Assembly (NCBI GenBank): GCA_000165345.1
Contig: CM000435.1
Span: forward strand, 672,001-736,000
Length of the DNA stretch: 64,000 bases
Direction of reading: 5' to 3'
Positions 29,596 through 39,116 of this stretch are shown piece by piece. Both the position numbers and the translations under genes were made by a program. Below the pieces are notes generated by a model. It was not told where the DNA came from and did not search any database. It saw only the letters and a program-made list of their open reading frames with translations. How positions within the stretch are numbered: position 1 is the first letter of the stretch; every line of letters starts with the position of its first letter.

Positions 29596-30425
29596 TATGG
29601 TAATAAATGTTGTATTTAATCAATTTTCTTTCTTGGAATAACTTCGTAAATCCAACTCAATTTTTTAAGTATTCTTTAGACAAAGTTGTTGCCTTATATT
29701 CAAACACTTGTTTAAAGTTAACTTAATATTTTCTCGTAATTATTTTTTCATCTATTCTCATCAAACTGCATTGACAATTTAAACATTTTTTGAACCTCTG
29801 GTTTATTATTTGAATTTTTTTTCTCTAGCAATGTTGAATGAACAATAATATTAAGTTTAATCTTATATTTTAATATTAAGCAAATTGCATATCTTTTCGA
29901 ATGAAAAGTGCGAAAAAATAAATAAGCTGGGAATATTTTGTGTAAATAATATCTAGGAATAATAATTATAAATTTATAAGTCTATCGGCTTTATTACAAC
30001 TATATTGAATCCATTAAAACTGATTATTTGGATAACTGAAATATTAGTTAAAAAAACATGTATTATCATTCCTAAATATTAATAAATTTTCATTTAAAAA
30101 GCTTGCTCATGTTAAATTGAACTAAATCCAAAATTGTTGATATTTAACCAAAGTTGAAGAAATATTATTGTTTGGGGCAACAAATTCTAGATATTGAAAA
30201 GAAGCTACAAAAAGAATGGAAATAATTAAAATGGTTGATCAATTCAAACGACACTATTTAATAAATTGTAGAAAAATTCAAGAGGTCAATCTAAATAAAT
30301 ATTTTACGTAAACCATTAAATTTAATTGGCATTAAATCAATAATTTTCAAAACAATGCCAATTCTATTAAGAAAAAAATATTTATTTTCTTTTCAATGAT
30401 TAATTTAAGAATAATTTGATTAACG

Positions 30426-31572
30426 TCAATAGCTCGTTTTAATTTCAATATTTTCAATTGACTTTAAAATGCTATCTAAACCTTTTATTAACCCTATAAA
30501 TAATTAATGAAAAATAATATAAAATAAATAACATACCTTCATTCATCAAAAAATCTTCTTCGTTCTTTCTGTTTTGTTTCAATGCATGCGTGAAATCCAA
30601 CCATCTAATGTCGCATTTTTCAACGTTTAACCTGAATTTATAATTAGACAATCAAATATTCCTCGACTTACAACATAGAACTAGTTTTTTTTGTAATATA
30701 TTTTCTTACCTATCGAAAGCTAATACAATTGAGGTTGCAATAAATCTATAACTTTTTTGCCTTTCCAACCAGAATTTCAGCAGCTCAACTTTTTTTCTTG
30801 TTAATCTAATCAAGTTCGGCGAAAGTTTTAGAAATTCAGACAAAAGTTTCATTGTTTCATTAGAAGTTAATTCTTTACCTCTTTGTCTCGAAATTGTAAT
30901 TTTATCACTAATTAGTCCTTGTATTCTAATTCCAATTTCATATTGGCATGAGTTGTTAATTATCATATACTGTTTAATAGATTTACGTAAAGACTTTAAT
31001 TTATAAAGCATGCCATTCATGAATTCAGTTTTTTCCGGGATACGTTCAATCTTACAAAAAATATCGTTGAACTCTTGTACTAGATCTTCATCTGGGAATG
31101 TTTTAGTAAAAACTTCTCTTAAGTTATAAATAGAATCATTCTTAGATTCTCCTATCCAAGATGTTCCCAATTTCAAATCAATAATGTTAATATTCGAATA
31201 TCCGCTCAAAAAATTTTTCATTTCGATTGCAGATTCAATTTTGAAGTGTTGTAAATTGTGCATTTTTTTATTTAATATTGAATTAATAAAAGATTTCCTT
31301 AAATATATTTTTTTTGATTTCTTTCCAACTTCAATAATAAGCACAAATCTGATAAACTTAGGAATAATATCATGACGTTTGAGGAGATGTTGTTTGTTAA
31401 TGGAACTATAAAAATCCAACTCATTGCAATTATCATTCTTTAATATCTTATAAATATACTTGTTATCTTTAGTAGTTAATAATAGAGTTGATCCCATAAA
31501 TCTTTCATTCTTTTCAGTGGAAAGAACCTGAAAAGGAAAGAGCTCAAAACTATTTATGCTTGAACAAAACAT
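30426..31572 (-). CDS. Inositol polyphosphate kinase (IPK family; IPMK/IP6K-like), three exons: join(30426..30493, 30537..30631, 30710..31572)
   Basis: Exon 1 carries the IPK inositol-binding motif NIIDLKLGTS (PxxxDxKxG) and the SSLLF-type motif SIVLAFD. The track ORF stops there at an AG|GTAAGA. Downstream exons restore the conserved C-terminus: RWLDFTHAL is the IDFAH catalytic motif and NEG|GLIKGLDSILKSIENI is the GYLxGLxNLI motif. The introns are 78 nt (GTAAGA...TTCAG) and 43 nt (GTATGT...TTTATAG), with consistent phases. Confidence 0.7.
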
Positions 31573-32241
31573 AAGTTATTGAATTTATTTGTGCAGATTG
31601 AATATACTAATATATTATATTTCTAATCGACAGCAACTAAAACTTTTTATGCGTATTTTAATTCTTACATTCGATGCTCGAAATTATGTGACATCTTTTT
31701 TAAAATATTTTTTTAATTTATATAGTTGTGACCAACATTAATGAAGTTTATAAATTTACATTTAGATTATTTTGAACTTCATTTTGTGAATAAAATGTAA
31801 TTAGTACAGACAAATATTATTCTCACTATTCTTTAATCAAATCGAAATAACCAACCTACACAACTAAATCCAATACGAAAATAAATTTTGATAATCTTTG
31901 ATGGCACTGCGCTAATTATGTTCTCAAAATATTAATAGTCAAAATTAAAATTTTCAATCAATTATTGCAACCTATGATGATTTCCTTTGCAATTAAATAT
32001 TCGAATATATATATATATTTACATTTTTTCGCAGTAATCTAGAACGAAATATTTTTCAATTCAATAATTGGAGCAAAGATGGAAAGTAATAAGAGATCGA
32101 GTAAAAATAAATTTAATGGTAATTTAATAATTGATAATAAGTATATGAATATGTATTTATATAAATTAAAATAGCTAAAGATACCACACAAAAATGAATG
32201 GTTATGCGTGGTGAAATATTTCAAAATTCAAACAAAAATGT

Positions 32242-32898
32242 TTATTCAGATCCAATTTCATTGTCATCGATACTTTCTTCTGAACTGTCTAAACCGTTAT
32301 CTGTGAAACCAATGTTCAATTTAGATTTTGTAGTGCAAGCGAAAAATAAGATCTTTTGGGACTTAGTGTCATAAAAAAAGTAATCAAATGAAAACAAAGA
32401 CCCATCATCCAAAAATGGACTTAGTTCGTCATTCCCCATTAATCTATACGAGTATATTTCCGTATATTTAATTTCGACGGCATCTCTAATGTTTTCCCAC
32501 AACTCTAAAAGAAAACTAGGATAAATTCTTTCTACAATACTTGAAAGGTGATAGTTAATATTATTGTATACAATAGAAAAGCTCTTCTCTTTGAATAAAT
32601 TATCTGGTTTTATTAAGCTAAATTCATAATCTGGAAAACATTGATTCATTGTACTGATCAAGTTCACCAGTAACTCACGAACATCTTGACGTTGGACAGG
32701 CCCAATAGGAGAGTTTGAAATCCATTGAGGTGATACACACACTTCTCGATCAACTCTTTCACTTAAATCACACTCTTCAACAACTTTTTCAGAGCAAGTG
32801 AATAACTCAATCCTTCCATTCAAAATTCGATCACCTACATCTAAGTTACTTAATAGTACTGACAATCGGTTTAATCCTGAATGCTCTAAGAAACGCAT
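32242..32898 (-). CDS. MAF1: Maf1, repressor of RNA polymerase III transcription
   Basis: MRFLEHSGLNRLSVLLSNLDVGDRILNGRIELFTC...IYSYRLMGNDELSPFLDDGSLFSFDYFFYDTKSQKILFFACTTKS matches Maf1 boxes (MKLLENSSFEAINS...IGRIESYSCK; CDIYSY...[27 protein letters not shown]). Confidence 0.8.
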   Translation of the reverse strand: MRFLEHSGLNRLSVLLSNLDVGDRILNGRIELFTCSEKVVEECDLSERVDREVCVSPQWISNSPIGPVQRQDVRELLVNLISTMNQCFPDYEFSLIKPDNLFKEKSFSIVYNNINYHLSSIVERIYPSFLLELWENIRDAVEIKYTEIYSYRLMGNDELSPFLDDGSLFSFDYFFYDTKSQKILFFACTTKSKLNIGFTDNGLDSSEESIDDNEIGSE

Positions 32899-33000
32899 TC
32901 TAGCCTTATTTTTCCAAGTATTTGTTCATAGTTATGTGTATTTGTTTCTTTGAAATAAATACCTTTACTTTAGACTTTATGATCTCAAATATAATTGTAT

Positions 33001-33014
33001 GCCGCTACCGCCAT
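33001..33014. promoter_or_regulatory. GC box GCCGCTACCGCCAT in the Maf1 / Cys-rich-gene divergent promoter
   Basis: Direct reading. It parallels the box at 19211. Confidence 0.35.
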
Positions 33015-33112
33015 AATTAGAATGCTTAATTAAATATCGTTATTTTACTAAAATTTTTTCTGTAATTTGCTAACAGTTTGAAACCTGAATATTAATTTTT
33101 TGGCGAACTGAT

Positions 33113-33133
33113 TTTTTTTTTTTTTTTTTTTTT
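33113..33133. repeat. Poly(T) homopolymer run (about 21 nt) in the Maf1 / Cys-rich-gene divergent promoter
   Basis: Direct reading of the sequence. Confidence 0.85.
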
Positions 33134-33285
33134 AAATAAAAATGAACCCGCATTTTATCCCTCCATTTTTAAGCGGACTATATGCAACCAGTAAAGAGTA
33201 AACATTTTTAGTTGTAAATTTTTAATACGAAATTTAAAGTATTTGCTCAAATTCAGAAAGTGTTAGTTAAAGTCGTTTAATAATC

Positions 33286-33900
33286 ATGCCTTCAAATAAT
33301 ATTTGCTCCCCGATAACAAATTCAAATGATGAAAATTCAAATGCGTTAATCTCATCTGGGTGTAAGTCAACTGATTGTCATTGCGAAGGTAATGGGGTCG
33401 TAACCACTCATACTACATCACCAAACGTCACCCAGAAATGCTACATTACTAATTCAGGCTGTCATGAAGCAATTGTAACAACAACAACACAAGAAGTAAA
33501 AAGGCACAAATGTCCACCAAAAATCCAAAAGATTCACGAACATATTAGCCAACCTATAAACTATAATTGTTCGTCTCAATTAGGAAACGTGCCATGCAAT
33601 ATAATGATGAACCCATGCGCGTGTAGTGTTTCAAGAAGCTCATGCCACAGGACTAATCATTGTAACTGTAGTAATGGAAGTGTTCAGTTTATGTGCTGTA
33701 ATAAGTACGCAAATAGTGGATGTGGATGTTCATGTTGTTGCTGTTCTACATCGAGCGTTCAGACTACGTTATATCCTGTATATATGTCGTTCCCATATAA
33801 TCAGGGCAGAAATATCAATGTTCCCTACACAGTTTATTCAACGCCATTAAGCCATACATACAATCCACTCACAGATAATCAATACTCTTATCAATATTAA
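33286..33900 (+). CDS. Small Cys-rich protein (204 aa; Cys clusters CSCCCC, CxC, then a Tyr/Pro-rich tail)
   Basis: ORF with a verified ATG. It has about 30 Cys, including GCGCSCCCCSTSS and CHCEGNG; the C-terminus reads YPVYMSFPYNQ...YSYQY. Confidence 0.5.
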   Translation: MPSNNICSPITNSNDENSNALISSGCKSTDCHCEGNGVVTTHTTSPNVTQKCYITNSGCHEAIVTTTTQEVKRHKCPPKIQKIHEHISQPINYNCSSQLGNVPCNIMMNPCACSVSRSSCHRTNHCNCSNGSVQFMCCNKYANSGCGCSCCCCSTSSVQTTLYPVYMSFPYNQGRNINVPYTVYSTPLSHTYNPLTDNQYSYQY

Positions 33901-34023
33901 TGCGTAGACTTAATTAAGATATCAAGTAGACTAATTTTAATTCGATCCTAATAGCCCTATGTTTTCTAGTTTTTCTACTTGTGTTTTATTAGAGCCTTAG
34001 AAAAGCATATATGTATTGTAGGG

Positions 34024-35418
34024 TTATCCACATCTTCTAATCCATGTTGGGGAACTCGAGCACCAGAATACGCCTTCGGGCGAATCGCAGCAACTGCATT
34101 TTTGTATGCCTGAGAATGAGAGATGGCCTAAAACCAAATTGAACTTAGTGTACAATGGCTTATATAACAAAAACAAAAACCCAATAGTTAGTAACGATAA
34201 TAATAACAGTAAAGAGATAACCCTGACAGTTTGAACACCGCCGCTGCATGCGCAATTTGCTGGGATAAAGCGTCCTTTAACATATTCATTTTTAGCTTCG
34301 TTATCAGAAATAGAATCTACTATTGAAGTTTCTTCAAACTGGCTTTTGGAATGACCGACTTCAACATCAGTTGGCTTAATTTGAAGTGAAAGCTGAACAT
34401 TATCTTGACTTGGCAATTGAATCGTATTTTTTCCTGAAGATTTTATTGATTTACGTAAAGCTTTGGATTTTCTTGAAAATGACTCCATGCTTGCAAAGGA
34501 CCATAATAATCCTGCAACAAATCCACCGATATGGGCCCAATTATCTGTGTTTGACATGAAACTTAAGGAAATCCCTATTAAAGAGGCAATAATAACTAAT
34601 AGAACGTATAAAAATTGCCACCGAGAATTTCTCCAATTTTCTAATAGTAATACAATAATCCCTGCCAAAAGCGCAAAGAAGCAAGCTGATGAGCCGGCAG
34701 AGATTGTGCACGGATCCAAGACTGCAGAGGCTAAATTACCAGAAATACCACCCAATAAGTAAAGTATCGCATATCTCCATATAACCCAGCGAGTCTCTAG
34801 AATAATGCCAAGTATTATTTGACATGAAAGATTAATGAAGAGATGGATAAATCCAGTGTGAAGCCAAAATGACCAAAAGAGTCGAGCCAACTGCCCATTT
34901 CTAACGAGATTCGTATCTAATGCTCCCATATCAAAAACTACCTGAGGAGGAGGTCCAAACAAATATCCATCAGGTATTTTTATAATAGAATAACCGTTCG
35001 TAAGCTGGCTAATTACTAGCTCTTGTATAAAAACAAAAATAATACTAGATGCAAAAAAGGTTGTAGCCAAATATGAAACCTTAAGCCTTGCTACACTTGA
35101 GTCACCGCCAATACAACAAAACATCGTTAGAAAGAGTGAATTCCTAGGTGTGTGTTTGCCACGTTTAATTTCAATCGTTCTTCCATTTTTTAGTGAACTT
35201 TTACCTTCAATATTTTCTTCTGATTTTGGTTGTACAACATGATTTTTGGAACTATCACTTTCATCAAATTTAAATGATTCTGTGGTTATATCCAACTCCT
35301 TACTATTACCTTCTTTAGATAGCACTACCGAACTATCTTCACTTAAGGGCATCTGTTGATTCATTAACTCTGTATGACTATTTAAAGACTGAATATCAAA
35401 AATCTTTCTGTCAGACAT
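34024..35418 (-). CDS. ROM: Rhomboid-family intramembrane serine protease (7 TM) with an approx 120-aa cytosolic N-terminus
   Basis: Multiple TM helices. TM4 is ISAGSSACFFALLAG (GxSx catalytic Ser; compare GlpG GLSGVVYAL) and TM6 is WAHIGGFVAGLL (catalytic His; compare AHIAGLAVGL). Confidence 0.75.
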   Translation of the reverse strand: MSDRKIFDIQSLNSHTELMNQQMPLSEDSSVVLSKEGNSKELDITTESFKFDESDSSKNHVVQPKSEENIEGKSSLKNGRTIEIKRGKHTPRNSLFLTMFCCIGGDSSVARLKVSYLATTFFASSIIFVFIQELVISQLTNGYSIIKIPDGYLFGPPPQVVFDMGALDTNLVRNGQLARLFWSFWLHTGFIHLFINLSCQIILGIILETRWVIWRYAILYLLGGISGNLASAVLDPCTISAGSSACFFALLAGIIVLLLENWRNSRWQFLYVLLVIIASLIGISLSFMSNTDNWAHIGGFVAGLLWSFASMESFSRKSKALRKSIKSSGKNTIQLPSQDNVQLSLQIKPTDVEVGHSKSQFEETSIVDSISDNEAKNEYVKGRFIPANCACSGGVQTVRVISLLLLLSLLTIGFLFLLYKPLYTKFNLVLGHLSFSGIQKCSCCDSPEGVFWCSSSPTWIRRCG

Positions 35419-35532
35419 GAATACATCAAATAAATTAAATTAGTGGCAACTCCTTAGCACACGCACAAAAGGCATAGTACTTGAATAGATATTAATTTTA
35501 CTAACCAGTTACTTGACGGAACGTAGAACAGT

Positions 35533-35547
35533 GTCGCGCGCCATATT
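35533..35547. promoter_or_regulatory. GC box GTCGCGCGCCATATT about 115 nt upstream of the rhomboid gene
   Basis: Direct reading. It shares GCGCCATAT with the box at 57976. Confidence 0.35.
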
Positions 35548-35824
35548 ACGTAAATGCTAAAGGCTAGATATTCATTAATCTAATACCGAAATTGTTTAAC
35601 ATGTGCATAAAGATGTACAATATGTTTTGTCATTTTACATTGTAGTCAGTTTCCAAGAAATCATTTGAATTGAACAGACCCAGTAAAAGCAAGTATTTAG
35701 AAGAAAATATTAACTTTTATAGAAAAAATTGATAGTTTAGAATATTTATTTACGATAAATTATTAATATTAGGTTTAGTTTGAGTTTTTAATTGAACTCA
35801 TAGTTTGCGTATCTTATTGTTTCC

Positions 35825-38473
35825 TTACATATTACAGAGCTTCCTTACCCACTTTATATTACTAATAATATCTGGGTCCCTAGAAGTCTCGCCAACTGTA
35901 CAAATGTTTTCGAGAATAGATCTTTTGTCCTTGGAAAGTAAATATTGAATAAGCTGCCCATTAAACGCAGTTATCAAATCGCCGACTAGCGCTGTGGCGT
36001 TCTTCAAGTTTGAATCATTAGGAAATTCGCCGCTATAATCGTTGACGATATTATCAATAAACTGAATAATGCTGGGAACATAGGGCCCTAATATTTCTAG
36101 TCTTTTTGCATCCTTCATTCCATATACAATCCCAGTATATCCTTGTAAAACAGCTTCTCTAAGTTCGCCTAAATACTCTATCCAGTCTTCACTATTAACT
36201 GGGCCGTCATTGTACTGCGTAATTGAAGCTTGTTGAAATAATTGCAATACTGATATTGCGTATGGAATAAAGTCCTCCCCCAAATTCATTGAAATATCTC
36301 CGAGTGCAATTATTGCTAATGGCTTAACTTTCCTATCTACATCGTTTTTAGCCAACAAAGCGCACAAAGTCTTGATAATAATTTCCAAAGATGGATTAAT
36401 TCCTTTTCCAACTGATCTAACCAAATCGCCAACAAGTTCTATAGAATATTTGCACGTATCGAGCTCATCATAGCCTTGAATTAGAGGGATTATTATAGAT
36501 ATGCACTCGTTTACATATGGAGAGAAGTCATGGGACATTGCTACAATAAGAGAAGTCAAAGAAAGAATAGATTCTTCGGACGAACCACCCTGTCGTAAAA
36601 GCTCGAAGTACAATCGAAGTAGTATTTGCGAATACTGAAGTGTTAGTCTTTTCCCAAGCTTTGTAGTTAATGCATATAGTGCCCCACAAATTAGTTGTAT
36701 ATTTAGAACTGCTGCATCAGATCTTGGAATAGGATTTTTTTCCATTAACTTTTGTAGACCAATATCTTCGCCAATAATTAGTTCATGCGCTAAATTCACC
36801 AAATTCATATCATTGTCTGCCCCAGAATTAGCCACAACCATTGATAAAGCATTAAAACATGCTTGTTTCATATTGTTTTCATCAGAGTTTTCCCTTTTAA
36901 ATGCTTGTAATAAACTTTGAACAATATAAGGAAACCAAATATCTAAAACCTTTTGTCCGCCTTCTACATACTGAGAAGATTCCGCAATTTGATGTATTAT
37001 CCAACAAATATTTGTACAGACACGAGGCTCATCTGCCAATAGTCTCTGCAATAATAATGACAATAAACCGTTAGAATGCTCAACAGATTGTTGAGGAGGA
37101 AGGCCTAGCAATGGAAAAATAATAGTTGGGTGAAACGTAACAATTCTTCCAATCGTCCATGCGCAAGTATCTCTTACAGCTACAACATTGTCATTTAAAG
37201 CCTGACATAAATTTGTTACCGATGTTTCAACAATAGGTTGCATTTTTTGAATACTGGGGCCTTCAAGAATGCTTCCATAAGCCAAAACAGCAGCCTCTCT
37301 ATTATGCCAATTTGAATGAGAAAAGTTAGAATGAATAAACCCGAGCGTGGGTTCTAAGATATTATCACCAAGAAGTTGAGAGCAAAGCGTTAAACAAGCT
37401 CCGGCTGCTTTAGAAACCGTCCAACTTTCCAGGTCATCATCATCATTCTGTCTTAATAACGTCTCCAGCATCACAGGTATTAACGCCGCCTGGACTTGGG
37501 AAATGTAGTGCATACAACTTGTACTTGGCGATGTATTATTGTGCTCATCCTCGAGCGACAATTCGATCTCTAAATCTGCAATAGTGTTCCAAAATTCAAT
37601 ACAGCAAATAGAAACTGGTTCATATACCCCTTTAATCCCCTTTATGGTCATTGGAGTCAATACTGATAAGTATGAACCCAAGTAATCATAATATTCAGTA
37701 GCTATAGAGACTAAGCATTCGTAAGCCGCAGTTTGAAGAAGCTCTCTTTTATTTCCTTCTGTCCCACATAAAGTGCACAAAACTTGAAAAATTAAATTTC
37801 TTTCCATCTCATTTGAAAAGTTACTCCTTGCAAAATACAATGCATAGTAAAATGATTTGGTTGCTGCCAAGGCAGTTTCTGAGTCAGGGTCATTCATACC
37901 TTGAACAATTGCAGTTAAAATTTGGTTGCTAATATCTTCTGTAATTATTAGGGACGAAACCTCATTTTCTAGTATTTTTGAATCTTCGCACAAATATCCC
38001 AAAGCCGTTAATGAGGAGCGTTTATATATAATTGACATTTTGTTGTCAGAGTTATTTTGAACAAGTCTGATTAAATATGGAAGAAGTTCGGGCCATCTTT
38101 TACATGGAAGTTCTACACGCCCAAGCTTTGCAATTACTTGGCAAGACGCGCCTCTAACACTTGCAACTGGACTCAAAATAGACTCTAATACTAACGCCTT
38201 AATTTTTGATGTAACATTTTGTGGGAGAGATATCCACATTCCTCTTCTTTCAATATCTATTCTGGGTTCAATCCCTGAAACTGCATTCTTTAATAGTAAT
38301 CCGGCCAATTGGCGAGACAACTCTGGCTTACTCTCATTAAACAGCTCCTCAGCTAAAAGTGTCAAATATTCTCCTATATTTTGCTCTTGGGCAGCTTGAA
38401 GCTGCTGCTCAGCATTTTTTCTAATTGACTCTACTGAATTGTGGCAGTTTAACAGTACTTGGGTTAGATCCAT
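35825..38473 (-). CDS. KPNB1: Importin subunit beta-1 (karyopherin beta)
   Basis: MDLTQVLLNCHNSVESIRKNAEQQLQAAQEQNIGEYLTLLAEELFNESKPELSRQLAGLLLKNAV parallels the importin-beta N-terminus ([29 protein letters not shown]...AGLQIKNSL). It has HEAT-repeat character and, at 882 aa, is importin-beta length. Confidence 0.85.
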   Translation of the reverse strand: MDLTQVLLNCHNSVESIRKNAEQQLQAAQEQNIGEYLTLLAEELFNESKPELSRQLAGLLLKNAVSGIEPRIDIERRGMWISLPQNVTSKIKALVLESILSPVASVRGASCQVIAKLGRVELPCKRWPELLPYLIRLVQNNSDNKMSIIYKRSSLTALGYLCEDSKILENEVSSLIITEDISNQILTAIVQGMNDPDSETALAATKSFYYALYFARSNFSNEMERNLIFQVLCTLCGTEGNKRELLQTAAYECLVSIATEYYDYLGSYLSVLTPMTIKGIKGVYEPVSICCIEFWNTIADLEIELSLEDEHNNTSPSTSCMHYISQVQAALIPVMLETLLRQNDDDDLESWTVSKAAGACLTLCSQLLGDNILEPTLGFIHSNFSHSNWHNREAAVLAYGSILEGPSIQKMQPIVETSVTNLCQALNDNVVAVRDTCAWTIGRIVTFHPTIIFPLLGLPPQQSVEHSNGLLSLLLQRLLADEPRVCTNICWIIHQIAESSQYVEGGQKVLDIWFPYIVQSLLQAFKRENSDENNMKQACFNALSMVVANSGADNDMNLVNLAHELIIGEDIGLQKLMEKNPIPRSDAAVLNIQLICGALYALTTKLGKRLTLQYSQILLRLYFELLRQGGSSEESILSLTSLIVAMSHDFSPYVNECISIIIPLIQGYDELDTCKYSIELVGDLVRSVGKGINPSLEIIIKTLCALLAKNDVDRKVKPLAIIALGDISMNLGEDFIPYAISVLQLFQQASITQYNDGPVNSEDWIEYLGELREAVLQGYTGIVYGMKDAKRLEILGPYVPSIIQFIDNIVNDYSGEFPNDSNLKNATALVGDLITAFNGQLIQYLLSKDKRSILENICTVGETSRDPDIISNIKWVRKLCNM

Positions 38474-38523
38474 TTATCTGCTTCACAATCTGAGAAATTA
38501 AAACAATATTGAAATTTTTTGCC

Positions 38524-38546
38524 TATATATATATATATATATATAT
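38524..38546. repeat. (TA)n microsatellite upstream of the importin-beta gene
   Basis: Direct reading of the sequence. Confidence 0.9.
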
Positions 38547-39116
38547 TATATTGCACCTATTTAGTTTTAATATAAGTGGATGTTAAACCTTTAAATTAAT
38601 AATTGTTAAATAATTTATTCAATTAATCCGCTTTTACGCCAGATATGGGGTAATAAGAGGGGGAAACTAATAAATAAATTTCTTTTGAACCAAATAAAGT
38701 TTTTTTAAAACATTAACTATCAAAGAAAGATTAAAATGATTATTTCTTGTAATTATTTCTAAAATAACTAATTTATTATCAACATTTGTCCGAACAGAAT
38801 ATTCTAAACTTCTAATAGCATTCAAAAATTTTATTTTTCAAAATATAATCAATTTCTATCAAATTTTATCAATATTTTATTCTTTGAAACGAATGATTAT
38901 TATATGCTGAAACATCATTAATGTTTTAGTTTTTATTTGAATTTAGATGATCTTTGAATCAACAATATAACGTTACCGCCAGCTTAGCCATAGTAGATAG
39001 ATTTGCGTATTGGTTATTATATTGCATGTAGAAATTTCTCTTATTGGATTAATCAAAAAATAATTATCATAATGGATTAATTTATAAATTCTTGGCTAAT
39101 TTATTTGTGGTTTCAA

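Noticed and set aside
30680-30709. Alternative 29-nt intron plus 9-nt micro-exon (TTCTATGTT) within the IPK 3' region
   Set aside because: It is frame-neutral and possible, but a 29-nt intron is shorter than any other here. The single 78-nt intron is more parsimonious, and the choice does not affect the conserved motifs.
32039-32224. 61-aa track ORF between the IPK and Maf1 genes
   Set aside because: It is an AT-rich low-complexity peptide in a promoter region with no support.
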